64,000 nt of DNA from Nitrosopumilus sp. (lineage in GTDB: Archaea; Thermoproteota; Nitrososphaeria; Nitrososphaerales; Nitrosopumilaceae), in contig OZ241981.1 of assembly GCA_965204345.1 (NCBI GenBank), positions 768,001 through 832,000 on the forward strand, written 5' to 3'. Below, piece by piece: positions 1-9,012 of this stretch. The position numbers and the translations under genes were made by a program. The stretch's first letter is position 1. Every line of letters starts with the position of its first letter. A model generated the notes under the pieces. It saw only the letters and a program-made list of their open reading frames with translations. It was not told the DNA's origin and searched no databases.

Positions 1-102
1 TCTGCTGCTAGCAAAATCATTGAAAATGGCGGAAAGATAATCAGCCATACGGATCTGATCAAGCAAAATCCAACGGGAAAGGAGGTAGTGCTACTTGGCT
101 AA
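1..102 (+). CDS. rpl18e: 50S ribosomal protein L18e, C-terminal part (truncated by window edge)
   Basis: Frame 1 reads SAASKIIENGGKIISHTDLIKQNPTGKEVVLLG*, typical L18e C-terminus; lies directly upstream of rpl13-rps9 as in the conserved archaeal operon. Confidence 0.85.
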   Translation, partial: SAASKIIENGGKIISHTDLIKQNPTGKEVVLLG

Positions 103-592
103 TGGAAGAATCAACAAGCCCACAAGAGCGACCAAGCAGGAAACGGTTGTAAGAACAGACAGGCCTATTGTCATAGATGCAACAGATCACATTGCCGGAA
201 GACTGGCATCAAATGTCGCAAAATTACTAATCAAGGGCAACAGGGTATCAGTGGTAAATTGTGAAAAAATTATGATGAGTGGAACCAGGAGCAATCAAAT
301 CAAAGAGTATCGAGAGTTTTTAGAGATTAACAGCATTATCAACTACAAGCACGGGCCAGTCCACTATAGAAGGCCAGATACGGTAATGGCAAAAATGATT
401 CGCCAGATGCTGCCATTTGATAGAAAGCCTTCAGGAAAGGAATCATATCAAAGACTCAGAACATACATTGGCTCGCCCAAAGAAATCAAATCACTTGAAA
501 AAATTCAATTTGAAAAAGCTAAAATCAAAAAGGCCCCATCAAACTATACTGCACTAGGGGAGTTATGCAGGGTAATAGGGTGGACTGAATGA
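95..592 (+). CDS. rpl13: 50S ribosomal protein L13 (uL13)
   Basis: IDATDHIAGRLAS...VVNCEKI...GP.HYRRPD...MLP motifs; TTG start; operon with rps9. Confidence 0.95.
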   Translation: MANGRINKPTRATKQETVVRTDRPIVIDATDHIAGRLASNVAKLLIKGNRVSVVNCEKIMMSGTRSNQIKEYREFLEINSIINYKHGPVHYRRPDTVMAKMIRQMLPFDRKPSGKESYQRLRTYIGSPKEIKSLEKIQFEKAKIKKAPSNYTALGELCRVIGWTE

Positions 593-1038
593 CAACACCA
601 AAGACTGAAATCTATTTTGCTACAAGAAAGACGGCCAGTGCGCATGTTTACATTACCAAGGGCAAGGGAAAAATCAGAATCAACAACATACCAGTAGAAA
701 TGATTCCACAAGAGACTGCCCGTGAAGTTATCTTGGCGCCATTAGAGATTACAGGTGACCTAAGAGACAAGATAGACATCTCTGTCAGAGTAAGAGGAGG
801 GGGTTTTATGGGACAGGCCAGTGCAGTGGCAATTGGAATTTCAAGGGCACTAACGGGATGGACAAAAACCAAAAAAGAGCCAAAAGATCATCCCTTCCCA
901 AAATCAACTAGAGAGGACCTGAGAAAAAGAATTACAGATTTTGATAAATACCTAGTCAGCGGAGATGCCAGAAGAAAAGAACCAAAGAAATTTGGCGGAC
1001 CTGGTGCAAGAAGAAGAAAGCAAAAGTCATATCGTTAG
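589..1038 (+). CDS. rps9: 30S ribosomal protein S9 (uS9)
   Basis: VRGGGFMGQA and C-terminal DARRKEPKKFGGPGARRRKQKSYR. Confidence 0.97.
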   Translation: MTTPKTEIYFATRKTASAHVYITKGKGKIRINNIPVEMIPQETAREVILAPLEITGDLRDKIDISVRVRGGGFMGQASAVAIGISRALTGWTKTKKEPKDHPFPKSTREDLRKRITDFDKYLVSGDARRKEPKKFGGPGARRRKQKSYR

Positions 1039-1041
1039 GCC

Positions 1042-1761
1042 GTGAAGGCTGTAATTCTTGCAGGCGGCAAAGGAACCAGAGGCAACCCATATACAGAATA
1101 CTTTCCAAAGGCAATGACCCCAATCAATGAGAGGCCATTGATTGACTATGTAGTTAGATATCTAAAATCATTTAGTTTTGTAAGTGAGGTCATTATAATT
1201 TCGGACTTTGAGGGGCTGGGAGGCCAAATAAAGAATTATTTTGAGGGTCAAAAAAATATTTCATTTGTTCAGGATTCCCAAAGTGGGACAGGTGGGGATT
1301 TGCTGCACATTGCAGGGAAGATCAGAGACGAATCGGGGTTTATCTTATGGTTTGTGGATAATTTGTGTGCTGTGGATATTAAAGAAATGAGAAGAGTATT
1401 CAAAGAGAGAGAAAGTTCGGCCTGCATTGCCACTAGAGCCAAAAGAAGAGAGGAGACAGGATTTGCAACAGTTAGAAACGGAGTAATTACAGAGTTTAAG
1501 GAAAAGCCAATGATGAGACTGCAGATGTCAGAGTGCTTGGGAGTCTACATGCTGGGAAAGGACGTCATGAAAAGAATAAGATCAAAGCAAAAGCAAAAAA
1601 AGATTAATCTCTCATATGACGTACTGCAAGAGCTATCAAAGGAAGGAAAAATTAGCGCATTTGACATTGGGAATAACGAGTGGCTGGATGTAGAATCCCC
1701 GATGATTTTAGAGAGAAATGAGAAAAAAGTAAAGAAGATTATAAAACAGATGGGACTCTAG
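1042..1761 (+). CDS. NTP-transferase family (sugar-phosphate nucleotidyltransferase-like) protein
   Basis: N-terminal KAVILAGGKGTR..P.T...PK motif, GTGG, FKEKP. Confidence 0.85.
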   Translation: MKAVILAGGKGTRGNPYTEYFPKAMTPINERPLIDYVVRYLKSFSFVSEVIIISDFEGLGGQIKNYFEGQKNISFVQDSQSGTGGDLLHIAGKIRDESGFILWFVDNLCAVDIKEMRRVFKERESSACIATRAKRREETGFATVRNGVITEFKEKPMMRLQMSECLGVYMLGKDVMKRIRSKQKQKKINLSYDVLQELSKEGKISAFDIGNNEWLDVESPMILERNEKKVKKIIKQMGL

Positions 1762-2323
1762 ACTCTTTCTCAAAGTCTGTGATTTTATCCTCATATTGAA
1801 AAGTTTGAGCAATATCATCGAGGCCTTCTAAGAGAATTTTTTTCTTGTAAGAGTCAATCTCAAAGGCTATTTTCTCTGAGACAGTCGTAATTAGTTGGTT
1901 TTCCAAATCAATCACGACTTTGCCGGTTTCTAATTGCAGTCTCTCTACTGTTTTATCATCTAAGATTATGGGCAAAACGCCATTTTTGAAGCAGTTGCTA
2001 TAAAAAATGTCTGCAAAAGAGGGGGCAATTATTACCAGAAAACCATAGTCTAGCAGAGCCCATACTGCATGTTCACGGCTAGAGCCGCAGCCAAAATTAT
2101 CCCCTGCCACCAGAATTTTTGAATTTTCATATTTTGAATCATTTAGCACAAAATCAGACTTTATATTCTCATTTTTGTCATACCTCCAATCAAAAAACAA
2201 GAATTTCCCAAACCCGGACTTTTGGACCAGTTTTAAGAACTGCTTTGGTACGATTTGATCAGTGTCAACATTTACTTTGTCAAGGGGAGTCACAATGCTA
2301 GATATCTTGCTAAAAGGCTCCAT
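1739..2323 (-). CDS. leuD: 3-isopropylmalate dehydratase small subunit
   Basis: [38 protein letters not shown]; start moved to ATG at 2323 (MEPFSKI). Confidence 0.93.
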   Translation of the reverse strand: MEPFSKISSIVTPLDKVNVDTDQIVPKQFLKLVQKSGFGKFLFFDWRYDKNENIKSDFVLNDSKYENSKILVAGDNFGCGSSREHAVWALLDYGFLVIIAPSFADIFYSNCFKNGVLPIILDDKTVERLQLETGKVVIDLENQLITTVSEKIAFEIDSYKKKILLEGLDDIAQTFQYEDKITDFEKESRVPSVL

Positions 2324-2324
2324 G

Positions 2325-3740
2325 TTAACCCAAGTCCATCTTCCTAACATCCACAAAGTGTCCCTCAATGGCAGCAGCGGCAGCCATTACCGGACTTACC
2401 AAGTGGGTTCGGCCACCGGTTCCCTGTCTTCCCTCAAAATTTCGATTTGAGGTGCTTGCACAGCGCTCACCGGGGGACAGAACGTCAGGATTCATTCCAA
2501 GGCACATGCTACATCCTGCCTCACGCCACTCAAAGTTTGCATCTGTGAAAATTTTATCCAATCCGATTTCTTCTGCCTGTTTTTTTACCATTTGGGAGCC
2601 GGGTACAACCATAGCTGTGACATTAGGCGAAATTTTTTGGTCTTTGATTATTTTGGATGCCTCAATGAGATCCTCTAACCGGGCATTAGTACAAGAGCCG
2701 ATAAACACCTTATCAATGGCAATATCCTCGATGCGCGTTCCAGGTTTTAGATCCATATAGTCAAGGGCTTTTTGAGCCCCCTTCTTCTGATTTAAATCAC
2801 CTCTTGAAAACTCATCAGGACTGGGAATGGATTCTGTAACATCACAGGTCATGCCGGGATTTGTACCCCAGCTGACTTGGGGTGCTATATCATCAATGTG
2901 CAAAGTGAATTGCTTATCAAATACCGCATCAGAATCAGTTTTCAAGCTATTCTTCCAGGAATCAACCAGCGACTCGTAGTTGCTTGGAGTGTATTCTCTG
3001 CCCCTAAGATAGTCAAAGGTTTTCTCATCAGGGGCAATCAGACCGGCACGTGCGCCTGCCTCAATGGACATGTTACATATGGTCATGCGCTGCTCCATTG
3101 AAAGATCAGCAATCCCCTGGCCACGGTATTCAATTACGGTTCCCGTACCGCCGCCGGTGCCAATATTCTTTATGATAGATAGCACAATGTCTTTTGCAGT
3201 AACAGCATTAGGATTCTTGCGCTTACCCTCAACCCTAACTTCAAAGGGCTTTGGTTTTTCTAGCCACATTGTTTGGGATGCCAGTACATGCTCGACATCG
3301 CTAGTCCCTATACCCAAAGCCAAAGCCCCAAATGCCCCATGGGTAGAGGTATGGCTATCACCGCAAACAATGGTGGTACCAGGCAAGGTAATTCCCAGCT
3401 GAGGGCCAATTACATGCACTATTCCCTGATTGGGGCTGTTAATGCCAAATAGTTTAATTCCAAAATATTTGCAGTTTTTTTCAAGAGTTTGAATTTGGAC
3501 AGATGATGTTTGATCCAGTATTGGAAGGGAACGATCAGTGGTTGGAACGTTATGATCCATTGTTGCAATGGTAAGATCAGGCCGACGTACTTTTCTATTA
3601 TTTGTTCGTAATCCCTCAAAGGCCTGCGGAGAGGTTACCTCATGGACAAGATGCCTGTCTATGTAGATTAATGAAGGCCCGTTTTGTTTTTCTACAACAA
3701 GATGAGAGTCCCAAATCTTTTCAAAAAGAGTCTTTCCCAT
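2325..3740 (-). CDS. leuC: 3-isopropylmalate dehydratase large subunit (bacterial-type LeuC)
   Basis: [63 protein letters not shown]. Confidence 0.95.
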   Translation of the reverse strand: MGKTLFEKIWDSHLVVEKQNGPSLIYIDRHLVHEVTSPQAFEGLRTNNRKVRRPDLTIATMDHNVPTTDRSLPILDQTSSVQIQTLEKNCKYFGIKLFGINSPNQGIVHVIGPQLGITLPGTTIVCGDSHTSTHGAFGALALGIGTSDVEHVLASQTMWLEKPKPFEVRVEGKRKNPNAVTAKDIVLSIIKNIGTGGGTGTVIEYRGQGIADLSMEQRMTICNMSIEAGARAGLIAPDEKTFDYLRGREYTPSNYESLVDSWKNSLKTDSDAVFDKQFTLHIDDIAPQVSWGTNPGMTCDVTESIPSPDEFSRGDLNQKKGAQKALDYMDLKPGTRIEDIAIDKVFIGSCTNARLEDLIEASKIIKDQKISPNVTAMVVPGSQMVKKQAEEIGLDKIFTDANFEWREAGCSMCLGMNPDVLSPGERCASTSNRNFEGRQGTGGRTHLVSPVMAAAAAIEGHFVDVRKMDLG

Positions 3741-3741
3741 T

Positions 3742-4233
3742 TTAATCCTGGCTTGGTTTGTATTTGAAAAGACCGCCTGCGGCAATTATATTTCCAATAA
3801 TTTCTGAAAAAGGCTTCATTTTGTATGTCTGGTTTTTGGTAATATTTTGGATTTGATTTGAGGATAAATCAATGGATATTTCATCGCCCTCAGAGATTCC
3901 ATCATATGCGTCCTGTTCAATCTCAATAGGTAGCAAAAATGCACCATCAACTGAGTTACGATAAAAGATTCTTGCAAAAGACAGTGCAAGAACCGCCTTT
4001 ATCCCTGAATGCGATAATGCGATGGGAGCATGTTCACGGGAAGAGCCACAGCCAAAATTTTTGCCAGATAAAATAAAATCGCCTTCTTTTACCTTTGAAT
4101 GAAAACTGGGATCCAGTCCCTCCATAGCATGTGTTGCAAGTTCTGCATAGTCATGGACCTTCAAATACTGTCCAGGAATAATCACGTCAGTATCAACATT
4201 GTCTTGGGCATATTTTATGACGTTGCCCCTCAT
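3742..4233 (-). CDS. Aconitase-family small subunit (homoaconitase HacB / LeuD-like)
   Basis: [34 protein letters not shown]; paired with adjacent large subunit. Confidence 0.85.
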   Translation of the reverse strand: MRGNVIKYAQDNVDTDVIIPGQYLKVHDYAELATHAMEGLDPSFHSKVKEGDFILSGKNFGCGSSREHAPIALSHSGIKAVLALSFARIFYRNSVDGAFLLPIEIEQDAYDGISEGDEISIDLSSNQIQNITKNQTYKMKPFSEIIGNIIAAGGLFKYKPSQD

Positions 4234-5504
4234 TACAAATCCCTCGGATCAGTAATCCTTCCGGTTACAGCAGAAGCTGCTGCTACCAGTGGGGATGAAA
4301 GATAGGTCTGAGACTCTACATGGCCCATCCTGCCTGGGAAATTTCTGTTTGTGGTACTGATGCATACTTCATCCTTGGCAAGAACACCCATATGGGCCCC
4401 GCAACACGCACCACAGGTTGGTGGTCCAACAGTAACACCGGCATCCAAGAAAATCTTCAGCAAGCCATTTTCCATAGCCCTTTGATAAATTGAAATTGCA
4501 GCAGGCAGAACTTCGGTCCTAATCTTTACCTTTCTTCCTTTAAGGATTTTGGCAGCGGCTTGAAGATCCTCATATTTTGCCCCGGTACAAGAGCCAATGT
4601 ATGATTTGTCCAGTTCAACAGAAGGGGCTTCCCTGACTATGCACGTGTTTTCAGGGGAAAATGGCGCTGCAATTGTAGGCTCCATTTCAGAACTTTCAAA
4701 TTCAAAGACTTTGGCATAGTCATCATCCTCACCGTCGCCCCTTACCAAACTGATGTTTGTCGCGCCCCTTTGGGCAAGATAGTCAACGACCTTTTGATCA
4801 GGCTCAACTATCCCATTCTTTGCGCCAGCTTCTGTAGTCATGTTGCATAATGTCAGCCTGCTTTCAACAGACATTTCTTTGATGCCAGTTCCGCCAAACT
4901 GCATTGTCTGATATGCGCCGCCATCGGTTCCAATTTCTCCGATAATTTTTAAGATTAGATCCTTTGCCATGACATGTTCGGGCAGTTTCCCATTTAGCTT
5001 GAAGAGAAAAGTCTCGGGAACTTTGAACCAGATTTCTCCATTTAGCAAAACATATGCAATGTCAGTATGCCCCAGACCGCAAGCAAAAGCGCCCAATGCC
5101 CCAGTTGTATTAGTATGAGAGTCTCCGCCAACGTAGACATCTCCGGGCATTACCATGGCCTCTTCATGGGAGATGGTATGACAAATCCCATATTGTCCCA
5201 TGCCATACTTGAAGTGTTTTTCAATTCCGTAATTTTTTGTAAAGTTTGATAGTTTTACAATGTTCTCAGCTGATGCCTTTTCTGCTGATGGGACAAAATG
5301 GTCCTCGGCAACCCAGACTTTTGCAGGATCCCACAACTTGTCAACGGAAATTCCCTGCTTTCTGAGCTTCTCAAATACCTTAATCACCCCGGGTCCTGAA
5401 ACATCATGTACCATGACCTTGTCAACCTTGGCAAAGACCACATCATCAGGAGCTACAGAGGATTTTCCGGCACTGCGAGCAAGAATCTTCTCAGTAATAT
5501 TCAT
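4233..5504 (-). CDS. Aconitase-family large subunit (homoaconitase HacA / archaeal LeuC-like)
   Basis: MNITEKIL, DSHTNTTGALG, GSCTG, CGACCG, STTNRNFPGRMG; probably serves the aminoadipate lysine route (inference). Confidence 0.85.
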   Translation of the reverse strand: MNITEKILARSAGKSSVAPDDVVFAKVDKVMVHDVSGPGVIKVFEKLRKQGISVDKLWDPAKVWVAEDHFVPSAEKASAENIVKLSNFTKNYGIEKHFKYGMGQYGICHTISHEEAMVMPGDVYVGGDSHTNTTGALGAFACGLGHTDIAYVLLNGEIWFKVPETFLFKLNGKLPEHVMAKDLILKIIGEIGTDGGAYQTMQFGGTGIKEMSVESRLTLCNMTTEAGAKNGIVEPDQKVVDYLAQRGATNISLVRGDGEDDDYAKVFEFESSEMEPTIAAPFSPENTCIVREAPSVELDKSYIGSCTGAKYEDLQAAAKILKGRKVKIRTEVLPAAISIYQRAMENGLLKIFLDAGVTVGPPTCGACCGAHMGVLAKDEVCISTTNRNFPGRMGHVESQTYLSSPLVAAASAVTGRITDPRDL

Positions 5505-5577
5505 AATCAAAAAAGCTTGTTCTACAGATTAAAAGCTTTTCAGAACAATAAAAAAGAAAAGAAACGCTCAGAATATT

Positions 5578-6354
5578 ATGCAGTTAGCAGTTTTGCCCCT
5601 CTTAGCAGAAAGGGAGGAAGGAGTGTTTGACGTTTTTCAGGCATTGCTAAGAGCACTGAAGAGAAACGGCACAAAATTAGAGGATCATGATGTTTTAGTG
5701 ATTTCAACAAAATACATCTCAAACTCACAAGGAAGAATAATAGATGTAAGAAAGACCAAGACCTCAGAAGAGGGTTTGAAAATTTCAAAAAATTTTCAAT
5801 TAAAGTCAGAAATTGCAGAGATTATCATCAGAGAATCAGATAGGATATTTGGAGGAATAGGTGGATTTGTCATTGCATCTTCTGATAACATCATGGCCCC
5901 AAATGCAGGTATTGACAAGTCAAATGCGAAAAAAGACAGGGTAATACTATATCCAAGAGATCCATACAGAACAGCAGAGGAGATACGCAGGAAAATTTTC
6001 CTGGAATTTTTCATTCATGTTGGAATTATTTTGGCAGATAGCAGACTGATGCCGGCAAGAATTGGCACGTCAGGAGTTGCAGTATCTTGTGCAGGAATAA
6101 AGCCAGTCTTGGATATGAGGGCAAAAAAGGATCTTGATGGAAATCCATTAAAGGTGACTTTTCAAGCAGTGGCAGACAATCTTGCCACGATTGCAAATCA
6201 CAAAATGGGGGAGGGTGCAGAGTCAAAACCGTTTGCAATTATTAAAAATTCAGGAGCCAGACTTACAGACAAAAGAATCAATTCATCAGAGATGGCAATC
6301 CCTCCAGAACAGTGCGTATATGTCAGGGGACTGTCAAATCCACCAAATACGTAA
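5578..6354 (+). CDS. cofE: Coenzyme F420-0:L-glutamate ligase (CofE family)
   Basis: DVLVISTKYIS, NAGIDKSN, ILADS, DLDG..L.VT..AVAD.LA..A...MGEG.E..P. Confidence 0.85.
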   Translation: MQLAVLPLLAEREEGVFDVFQALLRALKRNGTKLEDHDVLVISTKYISNSQGRIIDVRKTKTSEEGLKISKNFQLKSEIAEIIIRESDRIFGGIGGFVIASSDNIMAPNAGIDKSNAKKDRVILYPRDPYRTAEEIRRKIFLEFFIHVGIILADSRLMPARIGTSGVAVSCAGIKPVLDMRAKKDLDGNPLKVTFQAVADNLATIANHKMGEGAESKPFAIIKNSGARLTDKRINSSEMAIPPEQCVYVRGLSNPPNT

Positions 6355-6401
6355 TCCAAATTTTTATTCTGCTTTAAATAGAGGCATTTGGTGAAAAAAA
6401 T

Positions 6402-6956
6402 ATGGAATATCTTACCACATATCCAAAAACCGTATCATATCTTGATGGAATAAAACACATAATTAATGTGGATAGCAAGGACGGTCTAGAACAGCTCCAC
6501 ATAGTGGTCAAAAAGAGCTTTGAAGAACTAACCAAAATCTTTGCAGAGGAGGGATTCACCAAGGTCAAGCTAGAACACAAACAGCCAGATCAAATTGGAA
6601 GCGGTCTTAATCTTAAATTAAAAAAACCATGGGAGATGCACATCAGAATGGTGGACTTGAAAAAAGGATTGATAGGAATTCATGCAGAAGTTGAGGTGTC
6701 AAGGGACTATCTGCAGCATTTGTTTTCCCAAAGAACACCGGTGGTATACGAAGTAGAAGAGATTTTAAAAAAATATCAGGTGGATTACAGTATCTGGCAT
6801 GACAAAATCAAGAAAAATGTTCATGCAATTGTAGATAACTACAAGGTCAAGTTGGCAACCCCAAGCATACCGGTATTTGCATGGAAACCAATGTTATTTG
6901 TAATTGGAACAATCGGAGCCTTTTATGGCTGGAAATACTTTAACACTATTTGGTAG
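6402..6956 (+). CDS. Hypothetical protein with C-terminal membrane anchor
   Basis: 184-aa ORF, AT-rich TATA-like element upstream, hydrophobic C-terminus. Confidence 0.7.
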   Translation: MEYLTTYPKTVSYLDGIKHIINVDSKDGLEQLHIVVKKSFEELTKIFAEEGFTKVKLEHKQPDQIGSGLNLKLKKPWEMHIRMVDLKKGLIGIHAEVEVSRDYLQHLFSQRTPVVYEVEEILKKYQVDYSIWHDKIKKNVHAIVDNYKVKLATPSIPVFAWKPMLFVIGTIGAFYGWKYFNTIW

Positions 6957-6958
6957 GA

Positions 6959-7312
6959 TTATACGCCCAAGGATTCAGCCTTGCTTAATTCTAAAAAGAC
7001 CTTGTCCCCCACAGAGAGCCCCAAATCTTTGTATTCGTGCATTTCAAGTTTTAGCTGAGTAACGCCGGATTGCATGCCCATGCCACCGCCCATGCCAGAC
7101 ATCATTTTGTTCAAATCTTTCATCATGTCATTCATATTTGAGAATCCCATCACCTTGGGACTGCCAAAGGGAAGCTGCGGGTTTTGAGTCCCCTCTTTGA
7201 GGTCCTTAATTGAGGATAATGATACCACCACATATGGTGCTCCATCAGGTGCAGAATCGATACTTTTGACTACAAATTCTTTCTTCATGTATACTGTTGT
7301 ATCAAGATCCAT
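6959..7312 (-). CDS. Hypothetical protein with Met/Gly-rich segment
   Basis: 117-aa ORF filling the gap between convergent and divergent neighbours; MNDMMKDLNKMMSGMGGGMGM. Confidence 0.65.
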   Translation of the reverse strand: MDLDTTVYMKKEFVVKSIDSAPDGAPYVVVSLSSIKDLKEGTQNPQLPFGSPKVMGFSNMNDMMKDLNKMMSGMGGGMGMQSGVTQLKLEMHEYKDLGLSVGDKVFLELSKAESLGV

Positions 7313-7391
7313 ATAATTTTAAGATTAAGGTGAATTGATGCCATATCCACTGGTTTGAAGGTTTAATTACAATTTTTAGCCACAGGAATCA

Positions 7392-7925
7392 TTGTCAGAA
7401 GATATGAAAACGACACTACAATACTATGGAATTTCGCCCTGGGAAATAGAAGTCCTATACGGATTTTTAAATTCTCATTTTACCATAGTTCAAGATGAGA
7501 TAGAGCCAAACGATGAAAAATTTGTTAGTTTTTTGAGCATATCCATTCCGTTGCAGTTCAACGAAGCGTTTTTCCAGTGGTTTGATTTTAAGCGATGGGA
7601 GAAGGTAAAGGCAGTCTTCAAAGAAATGAAACGTCGAAGGGGCAGCGGAAATGCTTTAAAAATCGTGATTAATTTTTCTGGAAACCCAAAAATTATCTTC
7701 ACCATAGACACAGAAGATAAGCAGTGGTTTGATAACGCGTTAGAAAAAATTGATGTCGTCTTAGAGTTATTGCCATATCACATGGATCCCCAGAAAATGC
7801 CTGCGGGAATTTCAGAGGTTATTTACAAATTTGATCCAGAATCAATCAGGTGGCGTCTGGATACAGCATCATCTAAAAGTAAAAAATATTCGTTTAGCGG
7901 AGAGTCATGGAGGGAAGTTACTTGA
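7392..7925 (+). CDS. Hypothetical protein
   Basis: 177-aa ORF with protein-like composition, TTG start, convergent overlap with next gene. Confidence 0.7.
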   Translation: MSEDMKTTLQYYGISPWEIEVLYGFLNSHFTIVQDEIEPNDEKFVSFLSISIPLQFNEAFFQWFDFKRWEKVKAVFKEMKRRRGSGNALKIVINFSGNPKIIFTIDTEDKQWFDNALEKIDVVLELLPYHMDPQKMPAGISEVIYKFDPESIRWRLDTASSKSKKYSFSGESWREVT

Positions 7926-8370
7926 GATCTTTTTGTAGCGGTTCTAGTAATTCATGCAGCTCCTTATACTTTGATTCTAAAAACCTCAAAGCATCAAGCA
8001 ATTTTTTAGATTTCCCATATTTGTAGCGAATTAATTCTCGATGATGCCAATATGTCTTGCCCTCGCCAGAAGACAAAGTTGTAAAATAATCTGCCCCCTT
8101 TAGTGCATCAGGAAGTTGGATGCCATGTGGAAATAACATATCCACGATAAACCACTCATCACCATCAGGATAGTCCGAACCGGTATCTATATCAAAAAAT
8201 ACATGAAGCAGATCAGACTGCATAAGGCCGTCATCAAGAATGGAAGGATGGCGAATAGAAGATTTTTTAAAATCCAAGTTAACTAGCTGCGGCTCAAAGA
8301 AACCCTTTATGATGGATTTGCGAAAGATTTTGTTGGCTTCGTAAATATTCAACAGAAGAGTTATCCACAA
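7918..8370 (-). CDS. Hypothetical protein
   Basis: 150-aa ORF; exact start uncertain. Confidence 0.65.
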   Translation of the reverse strand: MWITLLLNIYEANKIFRKSIIKGFFEPQLVNLDFKKSSIRHPSILDDGLMQSDLLHVFFDIDTGSDYPDGDEWFIVDMLFPHGIQLPDALKGADYFTTLSSGEGKTYWHHRELIRYKYGKSKKLLDALRFLESKYKELHELLEPLQKDLK

Positions 8371-8510
8371 ACTAGTCTATAACTTGATTGGTATCCGGAC
8401 ACAAAAATAATAAAAAAATTGAATTTGAAAAAACTAATCAGAAATGCGTCATAAAAATAAGGTTTGAGAGTATTATTTTGAATTAAATATCCCTTTTTTT
8501 AATTACATTT

Positions 8511-8768
8511 ATGGAAATTCACGTATACGACACCTATGTCAAGGCAGCAGACGGACACACCATGCACTTTGATGTAATCACGGGTGAAAAGGATCATGAT
8601 AAGGCCATTGCATATGGTAAAGAATGGTTGGAATCCGTAGGTGAAGGAGAGTCAGAAATGACTGCAAATGAATGCCAATTCTGTCATTCACAAGGAGCAC
8701 CAGAGCCTGTAGAACAGGCAATTAAGGAAAAAGGCTATTTTATCCAAAAGATGGAAGGCTGTCCTTAA
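8511..8768 (+). CDS. DUF2024-family small metal-binding protein
   Basis: HVYDTYV...DG.TMHFDV...CQFCHSQ.A. Confidence 0.8.
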   Translation: MEIHVYDTYVKAADGHTMHFDVITGEKDHDKAIAYGKEWLESVGEGESEMTANECQFCHSQGAPEPVEQAIKEKGYFIQKMEGCP

Positions 8769-8811
8769 TTATTTTTTTCCTTTTTTATCCAGAAACATAT
8801 TTTTTAAGTCA

Positions 8812-9012
8812 ATGCAGTACAAAACGGATATGTCAGATAGCAAATACTCAAAATGGACAGTTGAGGGCGAAAAGAAGACAAAGTGGATTTGTGGATGTTT
8901 TCAGACAGCTGATAATTATTTTAAATTCTGTGAGAAGCACAGCTCAACTTTGAGAAAAGCAATTCAAGATCAGATTGATGAGTTGGACATGACACTGATT
9001 GTCGAGGACTAG
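8812..9012 (+). CDS. Small hypothetical protein (CxC...CxxH)
   Basis: 66-aa ORF, 4-bp convergent overlap with hppA. Confidence 0.55.
   Translation: MQYKTDMSDSKYSKWTVEGEKKTKWICGCFQTADNYFKFCEKHSSTLRKAIQDQIDELDMTLIVED

Noticed and set aside
1739-5504. Two tandem LeuC/LeuD-like pairs as a novel duplication
   Set aside because: Explained by separate isopropylmalate isomerase and homoaconitase functions expected with the aminoadipate lysine route.
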